A DNA stretch of 64,000 nucleotides from Octopus vulgaris (GCA_951406725.2 OX597818.1:42222001-42286000), one strand, 5' to 3'; counted from the stretch's first letter, positions 1 through 12,474 are shown. A program made the numbers and translations. The notes: generated by a model not told the origin, from the letters alone.

Positions 1-582
1 AGATGACTTTCAGGAATACAGAAATGCGAACTCATCTGGAGGTGAGGAAGAGTGACTAGAAACTTGCCTAGTAACAGATAAATAGCCAGGCAGCTCAGAA
101 GTACGGAGAGATAAATGATGTGATGGATTTAAAAAAATGAAAATTTATCCCCATTAGAAACATAGATTAAAAATCTAAGCTCATGAAACTCTGGAAATCG
201 AACAAACTTCGGCTCTTGATATCCAGAAACTCCTATTCTCAGACTCAACATAAACCATAAGGTAGGATCTCACTTAGATATGTACATGACAGGGTGAGAA
301 GAAAATGGCCCTTCAGATTTAAAAACATTGCCAGCATGTCACCCAAGCAGTTCCGTCACGTGACTTTTAGAGATCCCTTGCAACTTTTTGTTTCGACCCC
401 CCCTCCCTTCAATCAAAATTCATAATCTACGCAATTTTTTCATAGTTATTTTTTTACTTTATAGTATCTGAAGTTCAATATTTCACGTTATCCTAAAGAA
501 CATCTTTAAAAGTACAAGTTAGGTTTATTTAAGTCTGTACCAAATTTCAATAAAACGTCCAGATATGATTAAAAGAGCACTT

Positions 583-749
583 GGCGATCCTTCGGTATAG
601 GTACCGTAAGTACCGGAAGTGCCTTTGTTTACATTTCTGGAGATAACAGAGACCCTTCCCCCCCTAACCCTAACCCCCACCCACATATATAAAAAAACAC
701 TTTCTTGAAATGTATCCGGTACTTCCGGTACCTATACCGAAGTTACGCC
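583..749. mobile_element. 167-bp MITE with ~35-bp TIRs and 8-bp TSD (Merlin-like)
   Basis: Left end GGCGATCCTTCGGTATAGGTACCGTAAGTACCGGA matches the reverse complement of the right end with 4 mismatches. GAGCACTT flanks both sides (575-582, 750-757). 5'-GG termini with an 8-bp TSD fit the Merlin superfamily. Confidence 0.85.
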
Positions 750-1721
750 GAGCACTTTTATAATCCCGGCAACTTCCAAAGACAAACTTTGATCTTAACA
801 TGGTGTTGTAGGGGTTTAGCGACGGTCCTGCGCTTTAGGGACAGTTAGTCTTACCTTTCAGTCTTTTCCTTTCATTTTCCATCTACACCCACCTAAAAGC
901 CATTTTATAAAATTTAAGTTTCAACATTAGCAACAATATTTTTATGTTTCTACTTCTTTTTGTCCTGTACTTTTCCAGGTTCAGTTAATTAAGAGTATTA
1001 TCATTTTGGCGACAGCGTTTTGCCTTTATTTTTAGGTTGAATACAGAATTAGGAGAAGGAAGAACCAAGGTGGAGAGAAAGGATGATCTTATGATAGATT
1101 AGTAAAAAAATTATCTGGATTAGATTAAAAATCTTTTAACTAAAATGTTTATCATATCTGTCTCATGTCAAAGACCACCAGAGGTTGCAGATTTCATTCA
1201 CTACGTAAATTCCTTTTCGGTAGTAGGATTGAATGTCAAATTCTTTTGCATAATTTCACTTGAAAAATTGTTCAAAATCTTTGTTTTTGCAGTAGGGCGG
1301 TGGTGGATGTGAACATATTCCATACCCATAGAGGAATCCTTGTTTCAAACATATTTTAAATCAATGAGCTTGTCTGTTTACCAGCACACAATCACACACA
1401 AACATAACACCACCACACATTTTATCTACAGAATCTATCATAAGCCACAAAGGGAATCCTTGAGTCTTTACCCGACATGCTAGAAACAATAGTTAAATCC
1501 CCTGCCGCCTCAAAAAAAAATGGAAGGATACGTTATATCACTTAGTCCTACAGACATTGCTTGAAGAAAGAAAGACGGGATGGTACTTGCTGGAACGCCT
1601 CTCATTCATTTAACCCTAACTTTCATTGTTTAGTCAGTGCTCACCAGGTTTCAGCGCTGGATTAACCACGAAGCAAATAAGCACGTTAGGGAAGGAGGCA
1701 TCGCAGAAATGGTAAATTGTT

Positions 1722-1976
1722 CGCAAGGAGTGGCTGTGTGGTAAGTAGCTTGCCATACCATTAATGTCTATGTCCAGCCCGCAAAGCTACATCTGTATAA
1801 TGCCCCTGTGGCAAATTAGATAAAATAAAGTAGCTTGCCTACCAACTACATGGCTCTGGGTTCAGTCCCACTGCGTGGCACCTTGGGCAAGTGTCTTCTA
1901 CTATAGCCTCGGGCCGACCAAAGCCTTGTGAGTGGATTTGGTAGACGAAAACTGAAAGAAGCCCATCGTATATATG

Positions 1977-2064
<88 letters not shown>

Positions 2065-2277
2065 TGTGTCTGTGTTTGTCCCTCCAGCATCGCTTAACAA
2101 TCGATGCTGGTGTGTTTACGTCCCCGTAACCTAGCGATTCGGCAAAAGAGACCGATAGAATAAGTACTAGGCTTACAAAGAATAAGTCCTGGAGTCGATT
2201 TGCTCGACTAAAGGCGGTGCTCCAGAATGGCCGCAGTCAAATGACTGAAACAAGTAAACGAGTAAAAGAGTAAAAAG
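1722..2277 (+). mobile_element. tRNA-derived SINE family A with internal (TA)n(TG)n tract
   Basis: A-box-like TGGCTGTGTGG and B-box-like GGTTCAGTCC head, and a tail ending GTAAAAGAGTAAAA. Homologous copies at ~7500-7720(-), 13575-13968(-), 18615-19030(-), 25805-25950, 27890-28050, 39685-39840 and 58150-58305. Confidence 0.85.
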
Positions 2278-2522
2278 TACGAAAGAAATCATCTTAAACT
2301 TGCCAAAATAATGTTCGGGATGCCTTATCTGTATTAAGTATAGAAGTAGATGTGTTATGTAAGATTAGATCTGAATATCTGATTAAGGATTTTGCATTGT
2401 TGGAGAAAATGTTTGCAATATAAATAAAGTGGAAGCAAGTATACAAAAATAAACATAATTTTTCATCTTACTGTCAGTTTTGTTTCATTTTGAAAAATAA
2501 AAATAAAATTATTTTATGGTTT

Positions 2523-3037
2523 ACTAGCAGTATCGCCCGGCGTTGCTCGGGTTTGTAAGGGAAATAACTATATAAGCATTTTTAGAGAGTTACTTCCCTT
2601 ATAGATGCCAATTCGGGCTTTCTTAGCCATTTCTGTTTTGGTGTCTTCAAGCCATGAAGTCGTTGTTCTAAAAGAACGCTGATCTCCTTGACAACGCTTT
2701 ACGACGTTGATTTCCTTACACTCCCTTCCCCACGGCTTCACGAGGGAGGGAAGAAGGGGGAGAAGCAAACAGGTGCAGGTGTGACCATGGACGCCAACTC
2801 CGCCGCCATCGACACACGAAAAATTATGCATTAAAATGGAATAAAAAATGATGTTAAATTATTTTTAAAATCGTAGACTCATCGTAGACGCGCGCTAATA
2901 CTCAGACGGGCTCGATATGAATCACGACTATAAGATACCCGAATTTGGTTAAACTGCACCGCAAAATGTGGGAGTAGTTAGGAATCTAAATCGAAGGGGA
3001 CAGACACTCACACAACTACAGTTTTATATATATAGAT
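2523..3037 (+). mobile_element. Non-autonomous Helitron/HINE-like element
   Basis: Begins ACTAGCAGTATCGCCCGGCGTTGCTCGGG (subterminal hairpin CCCGG/TCGGG) and ends TTTTATATATATAGAT. The same ends occur at 28560-28951. Confidence 0.65.
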
Positions 3038-3642
3038 TATTGTTTATATTTTGAATTACCAAAATTATTTAAGTGTTTAAGGCCTCTATAGGGTCTTAAT
3101 CATGCTCGTCGCTATGAGGGTGCACTGGACGGCACAACCCCCTCACTATTCAATGGTGTGCCCTCAGATTTAGAGTGATACACTTATTTCGAAACTCCAC
3201 TTTAACATTATTACAAATTAGTGCCCACCCAGAATATTCTGAAGCATCCCCAAGCACCAAAGTCTGGCGACGAGCCTGGTCTTATTTCGGCCCTTCCAGA
3301 GCTAAAGTATGACGTATACATATCGTACCTTTCAGGAGTCTCTATGAAGTGACTTGAGTTGCTACAAATAACTTCTAAATTTACCTGAAACCACATTCAA
3401 CCGTCTTAAAAAAGGAATGATCCAACATAGTGTTAATTAGGACTACTAATGTAATCCTACATAACACCATATTTGGTTAAAAGTGGGGGTGGTCACTTTG
3501 ATAGCATGTTGTACTACCTCAGACCTGACCTGAGGTTAATCAAATTATCATCATCATCATCGTCATCATAATCCTCGACATCGCCAACATCATCATAATT
3601 GACATGATGTAAATACGTATATATAGACGCCCTTTTTATTAG

Positions 3643-4046
3643 CTATTTCTTTACTACCCACAAGGGGCTAAACACACGGGGGACAAACAAGGACAGACAA
3701 ACGGATTAAGTCGATTACATCGACTCCAGTACGTAACTGGTACTTAATTTATCGACCCCGAAAGGATGAAAGGCAAAGTCGACCTCGGTGGAATTTGAAC
3801 TCAGAACGTAACGGCTGACGAAATACGTATTTCTTTACTACCCACAAGGGGCTAAACACAGAGAGGACAAACGGATTAAGTCGATTACATCGACTCCAGT
3901 GCGTAACTGGTACTTAATTTATCGACCCCGAAAGGATGAAAGGCAAAGTCGACCTCGGCGGAGTTTGAACTCAGAACGTAACGGCAGACGAAATACGGCT
4001 ACGCATTTCGCCCGGCGTGCTAACGATTCTGCCAGCTCGCCGCCTT
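3643..4046 (-). mobile_element. tRNA-derived SINE family B (Deu/Nin-like core), dimeric
   Basis: Core GCCTTTCATCCTTTCGGGGTCGAT-AAATAAGTACCAG occurs twice in tandem. CCTTTTTATTAGC is duplicated at both flanks. Confidence 0.8.
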
Positions 4047-6449
4047 CGTCCTTTTTATTAGCCTCAGTTCTTGGACTATGGCCTTGTAAAGACACTGTCT
4101 TCACCAGCACAGTCGATTAAACGGTCCCCAACACGTATTTCGGGGGGACATCGGAAGGATGAAAGACAAATAAAACCGTGAGCAAGATTTTATCTCAGAA
4201 CGTATATGGACGCATAACGACGAAATTTGGTACCAAGATGCAACGTACAAATGACTGAAGAAGAACAATATTAATTGATGGCCATTTATCAATATAATTA
4301 TGCTTGTTGTTACAATGTAGAAAATACAATTTCGTCCAGTTATTTCGATTCCTAGCTTAGAAAGTTGGTAGCTGTTCACTACATACGTAAACATATTTTG
4401 TCCGACGCTCTACCGATTACCAATTCTGCACGTAATATCCCCCCCCCCCCACACACACACACAGAGTCGAATACGATAAAAAAATGTCTGAACTTTATAT
4501 TACAAAAAGATTCGTCCCAATTTGCTTTTATTTATAGATTCAAATTTTAGTAAAAGTCCAGCAATTTGAGGAGGGTTAAATTGATTTCATTGCTCCTCGC
4601 GTTCGATAGGTACTCATTTTATCGACATTGAAAGGCAAAAATCGACCTCGGTGGAATTTGAACTCACAATGTAAAGACGGATTAGGGTTAGGGTGCTAAC
4701 GATTGTACCAGCTTGCCGTCTTCAATCAGCTTATGATAATAGAAACTAATTAAATATATGACAAATACTAAACAAAGCAATAAGACAATGTAACTACATG
4801 AAGTACTGTGCCAGGGTAGTAAAATATGAATGATAGACTGATTGAAAGATTAATTGAAAAAGTTTTGTACGACAAAGATCATTGAGACTAATTATCAAAA
4901 TATTCTGTGAACGTCAACAACGAGAGACTAGAAACATCGATGAACTTAGAAACATTTTTGTTCCAAACAAAAATATAAAGAACATACTAAGAAGTATGAA
5001 TATTCCTTAATTAACAAAACAGATAAAACTATAATCGCAGAGCTGGCAGAATCGTTAGCGGACAAAAATGCATGATAACTTTTCTTCTGGTTCTTTACGT
5101 GCTAAGTTCAAATCCTGCTGAGGACGACTTTGCCTTTCATCCGTTCCTTGTTGATAGAATAAATACCAGTTGAGCGCTAGAGTTGATGTAATCGACTAAA
5201 TTCCGCCCGTTAGATTGCTGGCCTTGTGCCAAAACAGGAAACAATTATATTAATATGTAGAGCATCACTGGTGGAATCTATAGAGCGCAGAACAAAATGC
5301 CTTGCGGTATTTTGTTACGGCTCTTTACATTCTAAATTCAAATCTCATCGTAGTTGATTTTCATCAGTTTAGGGATCGATAAAATAAAACATCACGGCCA
5401 ATGTATCCAAAGTATGTGACCTCGTGCCAAATTTAGAATTAATGTACCGTGTGATTAAATATCTAACACTTCAAGTGAGACTCATCATCATCTTTGCTTT
5501 TTACTGCGTTTCTTTCCCCCCAGGCTTTCTCAGATCGGTGAGATCGAGGTTTAGCTTAAATATTAGTTGGTGCCTGTATGGAAAACGTGAGCAAGAAGTG
5601 AGCTTCATTCTGAAAATGCAGTTACATTTAACACTGCCATGTGTTCGTAAGGGCACGTTATGATACACGACGCGTCATGGCCATTTTAGAGCTGCTGAAG
5701 CCCATCCTCTCTATGTCTGAGTCCGACCAATTTCTCCTTGAAAAAGACGTGGAAAGAAAGTGTGCGAGAAAAATATGCACCAGTACAGGAACTTTATTGA
5801 TCGACCCTCGAAAGGATGAAGTTGATAGCGACGATATTGGAACCCAGAACGCCGACAACCAGAATGAATACTACAACACAATCTCTCCGACACTCTAATA
5901 ACTCCGGAAATTCGCTAACATTTGATATTATTTAATGTCACGATCCGGTTTCGATTTCTGTCAGAGCAATTCGGGTTATTTTCATGAAGTGTTGGCAGGG
6001 TTAGGCTATAGTGAATAGACTGAAGAAAAGATGAACGAGTCTCTGCTCCCCATCTAACTGATGTAACTGTCAATACTGGCCCTGATGAATTAGCAACAAC
6101 TAAGGGATATTTCTCCTGTTTTCTTTTATTTCAAATATTCCACTTTATACACTACAACATGCATCCATATACACTCGGCTCTCTGCCTCTACATCTATTC
6201 CCCTTCCATCATAAACACGACCAAACAAATCAAGCGAATCAACGAATGAGTTGTCATGCAGTCAGTCGGTCGATACAATGGATAATGTAGTCCTATACAC
6301 AATTTGTCAGAAGAAAAAATACAACAATACCAACAACAAAAGCAACAGCATAAGACATCATTACCACAGGTGGTACATTTTGGTCATATGGCCGAGACCT
6401 GGACATTTTAAAAGTAAACTAAGAAATCAACAAAGTGGAGGTCACTTAC

Positions 6450-6542
6450 TTTTCTGCGATGTTCAAGGTAATACGCCTTATCCCAGCGTTGTTGTAACAA
6501 CCTGCTCTGACAAGGAAGGATTGTCTGATAAGATTTATGCAT
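6450..6542 (-). CDS. CFAP97D2: First coding exon of a CFAP97D2-like (CFAP97/hemingway-domain) ciliary protein
   Basis: ATG at 6542 gives MHKSYQTILPCQSRLLQQRWDKAYYLEHRRK, ending at a perfect phase-0 donor AAA|GTAAGT. It resembles the recalled N-terminal motif MHxSYQ..LP...LQ.RWD..YY.EHRRK of this family. Downstream exons were not located. Confidence 0.65.
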
Positions 6543-6554
6543 TCTTTCTTTCCT

Positions 6555-6586
<32 letters not shown>

Positions 6587-6996
6587 TAATTTGTTGACAC
6601 TGTCACTGTTCTTAATATGCTTATCACATGTTAAATAAAGGTGTTGTTATCATCATCATCATTATAATTATCATTATTAATTACTATATTTTACTCTATA
6701 TATGTAACTATCATTATTTTTAATTTATATACACGTCCTCATTAATATGTTCTACTATGTTCATTGTACATCATCATAAATAATATTGCAGCTTAGTCGA
6801 TGACAGTCGCGTGTGACCGTATCTATTTCACCCCTTACGTTATGAGTTCAAATCCTACTGGGCGTAATCTTTGTATTTCATATTTCTGAACCTGAAAAAA
6901 TAAAAAAATAAAGTACCAGTAATATACGGTGTATCACTTCAGTTAACTTTGTCCTCCTGGGCTGGTGCCAACGTTATAAATCATTGTTATTATTAC

Positions 6997-7198
6997 CAAT
7001 AGAAACTAATAGACGAACAAACACTTAGTTGTCCCGGAGCTGCAATCTCGCTAGTTGAAAATAACTCCTCTCCCTTTGTTGTTGTTCTTTTAATCTTCTT
7101 CTTTCTGCTCTTATCTTGTTGTACGGTTAAGGTAAATCGCACTGTTGTCGGTTGGCTGGACAGCTGTATATTTATATACTTCCAACTACCTGTCCAAT
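6997..7198 (-). promoter_or_regulatory. Candidate core promoter and non-coding first exon of the minus-strand gene
   Basis: CCAAT at 7194-7198, TATAAA on the minus strand at 7176-7171, Inr-like CAGT about 30 nt downstream (~7143), and donor TTG|GTAATA at 6997. The sequence is non-repetitive. Confidence 0.35.
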
Positions 7199-7499
7199 CG
7201 CCTTTATCTGCCGGCTGACACCCACATAACTCGAGTAGCCAAGGAACCAGCAACGATAAACTGTTCACACATCATTTATCAACATCATCGATTGATCTGG
7301 TAATGGCTTAAACAAAACAACTGTGTCTGTGTGCACCTTACTCGCTTATGTCTGTGAATGTGTATGTGTGTGCGATGTGTGTGTGTGTGTACAGTGAACA
7401 TTCGCACATATGTGTGTATGTATACATGTGTACATAATGGGCATATTATAAATCCACAAACACACACACACATGTATATATATATGGATGTATGTATAC

Positions 7500-7720
7500 T
7501 CCTTACTCTCTTTTTACTCTTTTACTTGTTTCAGTCATTTGACTGTGGCCATGCTGGAGCACCGCCTTTAGTCGAGCAAATCGACCCCAGGACTTATTCT
7601 TTGTAAGCCTATTACTTATTCTATCGGTCTCTTTTGCCGAACCGCTAAGTTAAGGGGACGTAAACACACCAGCATCGGTTGCCAGGCGATGTTGGGGGAC
7701 ATACACAGACATAGACACAC
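7500..7720 (-). mobile_element. SINE family A 3' part
   Basis: Reverse complement of 2065-2277. Confidence 0.8.
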
Positions 7721-7778
7721 ACACACACACATACACACACACACTCACACATATACACACACGTACATATATATATAT

Positions 7779-8643
7779 CAGAAAGCTCCTACCCCTACTG
7801 GCAACAAAAGGCCTCTCCCTCAGAGCAAAAGGTAGATTGTATGATGCATGTGTGCGAACTGCCATGCTTCACGGTAATGAAACATGGGCTGTGACTGCAG
7901 AAGACATGCGTAGACTTGAAAGAAATGAAGCTAGCATGATCCGCTGGATGTGTAGTGTCAGTGTGCACGCAAAACAGAGTGTAAGTATCCTGAGAGAAAT
8001 GCTGGATATAAGAAGCATCAGATGTGGTGTGCAAGAGCGACGCTTGCGATGGTATGGTCATGTGATGCGGATGGATGAAGAGAGATGTGTGAAGAAGTGC
8101 CACTCCCAAACAGTTGAAGGTATCAGGGGGAGAGGTAGACCCAGGAAGACATGGGATGAGGTGGTCAAGCATGACCTCAGAGCATTGGGCCTCACTGAGG
8201 CAATGGCGAAGGACCGAGATCTCTGGAGATATGCTGTGACTACAAAGACCCGGGCTGCTTTCTGCAGCAATTCCACATACCCCCTACCCATTCTAAGTAC
8301 CCCGGATCCCCAAAGTACCCCGGATCCCCAAAGTACCCTGGATCCCCAAAATACCCCGATCCCCAAAGTACCCCGGACCTCGTTGCCCCCGTGCCGCTGA
8401 CACGTTAAAATGCTCGAACCGATCGTGACGATGCCGGACCCTCCGGCCCCTGTGCAGGTGGCACGTAAAAAGCACCCAATCCACTCACGGAGTGGTTGGC
8501 GTTAGGAAGGGCATCCAGCCGTAGAAACTCTGCCAGATTCAGACTGGAGCCTGGAGCGGCCCCTGGCTTCCCAGACCCGGTCAAACCGTCCAACCCGTGC
8601 TAGCGCGGAAAGCGGACGTTAAACGATGATGATGATGATGATG
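7779..8643 (+). mobile_element. 5'-truncated RTE-clade LINE (ORF2 C-terminus, 3' UTR, (GAT)n tail)
   Basis: ORF 7837-8400 has the RTE-type C-terminal motifs (LHGNETW, RLRWYGHVMRM, GRGRPRKTW). An 18-bp minisatellite sits at ~8297-8378 and the element ends CGTTAAACGATGATGAT. Confidence 0.9.
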
Positions 8644-8649
8644 ATATAT

Positions 8650-8995
8650 ATATATATTGTTGTTGTGACCCCCTTCGGTCAGACACTGATCATGGGTTTG
8701 CACCTAGAGAGTTACCCTCTGAGGCGCAAGTCTGGGCAAGGTTGTTTTATGGAAGACCAGCAGTCGCCCATGCATACCGGCCTCCCCTCTCCACGTCACC
8801 GATGTTGTCCAAGGGAAAGGCAAGGGCCGATACAGCTTGGCACCTGTGACGTCGCAACTCATTTCTACAGCTGAGTGCACTGGAGCAACGTGAAATAAAG
8901 TGTCTTGCTCAAGAACACAACACACAGCCCGGTCCGGGATTCGAGCTCACAACCTCACGATCGTAAGCTCGACGCTCTAATCACTGAGCCACGCA
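8650..8995 (-). mobile_element. tRNA-derived SINE family C
   Basis: Minus-strand head GTGGCTCAGTGATTAGAGCG...GTTCGAATCCC-like, then TGTGTTCTTGAGCAAGACACTT. Homologous to 33645-33976(+) and 26518-26660(+). Confidence 0.8.
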
Positions 8996-9006
8996 TATAT
9001 ATATAT

Positions 9007-9160
9007 ATGGTTCCGGGTTCAGTCCCACTGCGTGGCACTTTGGGCAAGTGTCTTCTATTATAGCCTCGGGCAGACCAAAGCCTTGTGAGTGGTCTGCCCG
9101 AGGCTATAGTAGAAGACACTTACCCAAAGTGCCACGCAGTGGGACTGAACTCGGAACCAT
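9007..9160. repeat. Fold-back inverted SINE A head (~70-bp arms, short loop)
   Basis: 9007-9078 is the near-perfect reverse complement of 9090-9160. Confidence 0.9.
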
Positions 9161-9259
9161 GTAGTTCATAAGCAAGCTACTTACCACGCACCCACTCCTA
9201 TGCCTATGTATATGTATTTATGTATGATTTGTAGCTTTATGAGCATGTGTGTATAAATG

Positions 9260-9335
<76 letters not shown>

Positions 9336-9933
9336 CGAGTCCTTATTCACTCTGTGATTAAATACCTCGTTTAAATTATCTAAGATTACTGTATTGCTAA
9401 GTTTCGGACGTTCTGTGTGCGTCTACGGCACACACACACCATTTTACGTTTGCTTTCCATACTGACATGAACCGGATAGGTCCTTATGGGAAGCAACTAT
9501 CTTCGTCGGCTGGTTTTTGTACGTGTAATTTATATGTACATGTGCATGTACACACACGCAAGCACATACACAAACAAACATTATATGTATATAATGTTGC
9601 AATGCTTCAACAGTGTGTGTGTATATATATATATTCTTTTTGAGATCAGTTGATCTCGAAGCAAATAAAGCTATAAATAACAGCACGTGGTATTGGAATA
9701 AAAATCCTTTGGTCGAACTCGAACCCACATCTCCTTCAAATTTCTTTCTCCATTTTTGAAACTTTATTCTTACTAATGAGAATTGTATGTTGTTGACGTC
9801 AAACATTTATAAACTTCGAGAGAACGTTAAATAATTTTTGGAGGAACAATGGATCTTGTAGCACATAAAGCTACAAATAATAACATATAAAAATTGGCTT
9901 AAAAAACCTTTTGGACAGAAAGTATATTCGTTT

Positions 9934-10430
9934 CTATTTTTTTATTGTCCACAAGGGGCTAAACATAGAGGGGACAAACAAGGACAGACAAAAGGATTAA
10001 GTCGATTACTTATATATTCGTATGAAGTTTATTCGTTTCTACTCTAGGCACAAGGCTCGAAATTTTGGGGGAAGGGGCCAGTCGATTAGATCAACCCCAG
10101 TACAAAACTGGTACTTATTTAATCGATCCCGAAAGGATGAAAGGCAAAGTCGACCTCGGCAGAATTTGAGCCCAGAACGTAAAGACAGACGGAATACCTA
10201 TTTCTTTACTGCCCACAAGGGGCTACACAGAGAGAGGACAAACAAGGATAGACAAACGGATTACGTCGATTATATCGACCCAAGTGCGTAACTGGTACTT
10301 ATTTAATCGACCCCGAAAGGATGAAAGGCAAAGTTGATCTCGGCGGAATTTGAACTCAGAAAGTAACGGCAGACGAAATATCGGTAAGTATTTTGCCCGG
10401 CGTGCTAACGTTTCCGCCAGCTCGCCGCCT
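9934..10430 (-). mobile_element. SINE family B multimer/nested copies
   Basis: Repeated ATCGACCCCGAAAGGATGAAAGGCAAAGTCGACCTCGG core. The head is at 10430. Confidence 0.8.
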
Positions 10431-10928
10431 TGGACAGAAAATATATTACATGCAAGTGATGGCTGTGGTTATATGCGCGCGCACACAGCACACAAATCAC
10501 ACAGTTGTCTAAAAATCCATGTGACAGGCCAAACAGACACTCAGACACTGGTTAAGAGAGAGGGTATATTATTAATATAAATGTATAATGTTACACTCTC
10601 GTATCAGCCTCTTTAACAATTAGTTTCATATCAGAAGATAACCTCGACAATCGTCGGAGAAGGCTGAACAGAGTAGTATGGTGAGGGTTATCTGTTCCTA
10701 AAGAGCTGAAAGTATCACAGCCAACTTTCAGAATTCCAGTGGTAAAGAATGCATCCCACACTATTCTGTTCGGCCCTTTCTAATGATTACCGGGATTATC
10801 TCAACTTCTGTATGAAAGTAATTGATAAAATGCCTGATATGAGAATATATCTGTTTAATTATATGTGCGTGCGTGTGTGTGTGTGTGTGCCTCTCTGTGT
10901 GTGTGTGTGTGTGCCTCTCTCTGTGTGT

Positions 10929-10960
<32 letters not shown>

Positions 10961-11329
10961 ACGCACATATAATAGATCGCTGCTATATGGAGAGCTACCG
11001 TTTGTTTTGCACAAGATGTGTCACTTATGCATCTGTTCTTGAAACGGCCGTAAGATATTTTCTACACATTTTATTACTTCCTCACCTCTTATGATCTCTA
11101 CTCATGTAACCACTGAACTATCGTGTTTAAAGAAATAAATGTCATAAGCAAATATGAGACCAGTTGTTTTACCTGTTTGTATTTTTATCGTTTTATGTAT
11201 GCATCTGCTCAACTAATAAACTGCCAATAGCCATTCGTCATTATGCCGCTATAACATCCTCGCTTTTAGTTGCAGTTCAGATTCTTTGTACTCTACTTTA
11301 CGTCATCAGTCGTGATATTATTATTACTT

Positions 11330-11375
<46 letters not shown>

Positions 11376-11380
<5 letters not shown>

Positions 11381-11743
11381 TTGGCATCACCTTCAAAGAC
11401 TTGGACCCCGTGCCTTCCGTCCACAACAAAATCTAAATCGCATCTCATAACAGCAATACGGCACAATTACTTTACCTCAATTGGCCCCGCTCTCTTCATC
11501 ATTACAACAGGACACGTCAAAACAGAAACTGACCACACAAAATTCAAGTAGTCTTGGGACAAAGTCCTTCAAGCAGTCCCGGACAAAACATCCACACCCG
11601 GATATGTCTCCGCAAACAATAACTCTCTGCTCGAATGGGCCTTGCTGCCCAAATTCTGAATGGAAAGACTTCGCCAGGTGGTACTATTAAGTTAGACATG
11701 GCCTGGGCCAATACTGGCCAAAACCTTTCTAAGTTATTCTAAG

Positions 11744-11745
<2 letters not shown>
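11376..11745 (+). mobile_element. CR1/L2/Jockey-type LINE 3' remnant
   Basis: Degenerate reading (HNYFTSIGPALF...KFK...VPD) like LINE ORF2 ends. It terminates in a duplicated TCTAAGTTAT tail between TA tracts. Confidence 0.5.
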
Positions 11746-11796
<51 letters not shown>

Positions 11797-12082
11797 GGGA
11801 GTATATCCAAACTTACAGGGAAAAATTAGATTTAGGATTAAATCAAATTTCACCGTATAAATATACATTAAATTAGAGATAAAACCACTACTAGGCAACT
11901 CAAACAGTGATAGGCATAAACCAAAACATAAAAAACAAAAAATAAATATAATTAATATAATATACAATATATATAAAATATAAAATTTGAAATTTCAATT
12001 ATTAAAATTTGAAATTTTTAAATCTATATTTATAAATTTTTATATTTTTATATTTTTAAACTTTTAAATAATCTCTAATTTA

Positions 12083-12156
<74 letters not shown>

Positions 12157-12159
<3 letters not shown>

Positions 12160-12415
12160 TGAGAAAGTTGGTGTGTAAAAGCACGGGGTTGAATATATAG
12201 AAAATAGTAAAAAGTGTAAAAAAACTACAGAAGGCTTGTTTTAAAAGGTTAAAAAATATATATAAAATTTGAAAAGCTGAACGCGAAACCGGTCATTTCT
12301 TCAAAAACTATGTTATTGTATGAAAAAAATTTATAACATTCTTCAGACATAATGACTCAAATATATATTTTTTAACCTTTTAAAACAAGCCTTCTGTAGT
12401 TTTTTCACTTTTTTC

Positions 12416-12425
<10 letters not shown>
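12157..12425. mobile_element. Inverted-repeat element in TA microsatellite, Penelope pseudo-LTR-like
   Basis: ~60-bp arms (AAACTACAGAAGGCTTGTTTTAAAAGGTTAAAAAATATAT and its reverse complement) flank a degenerate CTGA...GAAACCGGTC motif. Confidence 0.55.

Positions 12426-12474
<49 letters not shown>

Noticed and set aside
661-678. CCCTAACCCTAACCC telomere-like motif
   Set aside because: Only about two units, and internal to a MITE; not a telomeric array.
6993-7268. 91-aa minus ORF
   Set aside because: No recognisable domain and a non-ATG start; better explained as promoter/5' UTR.
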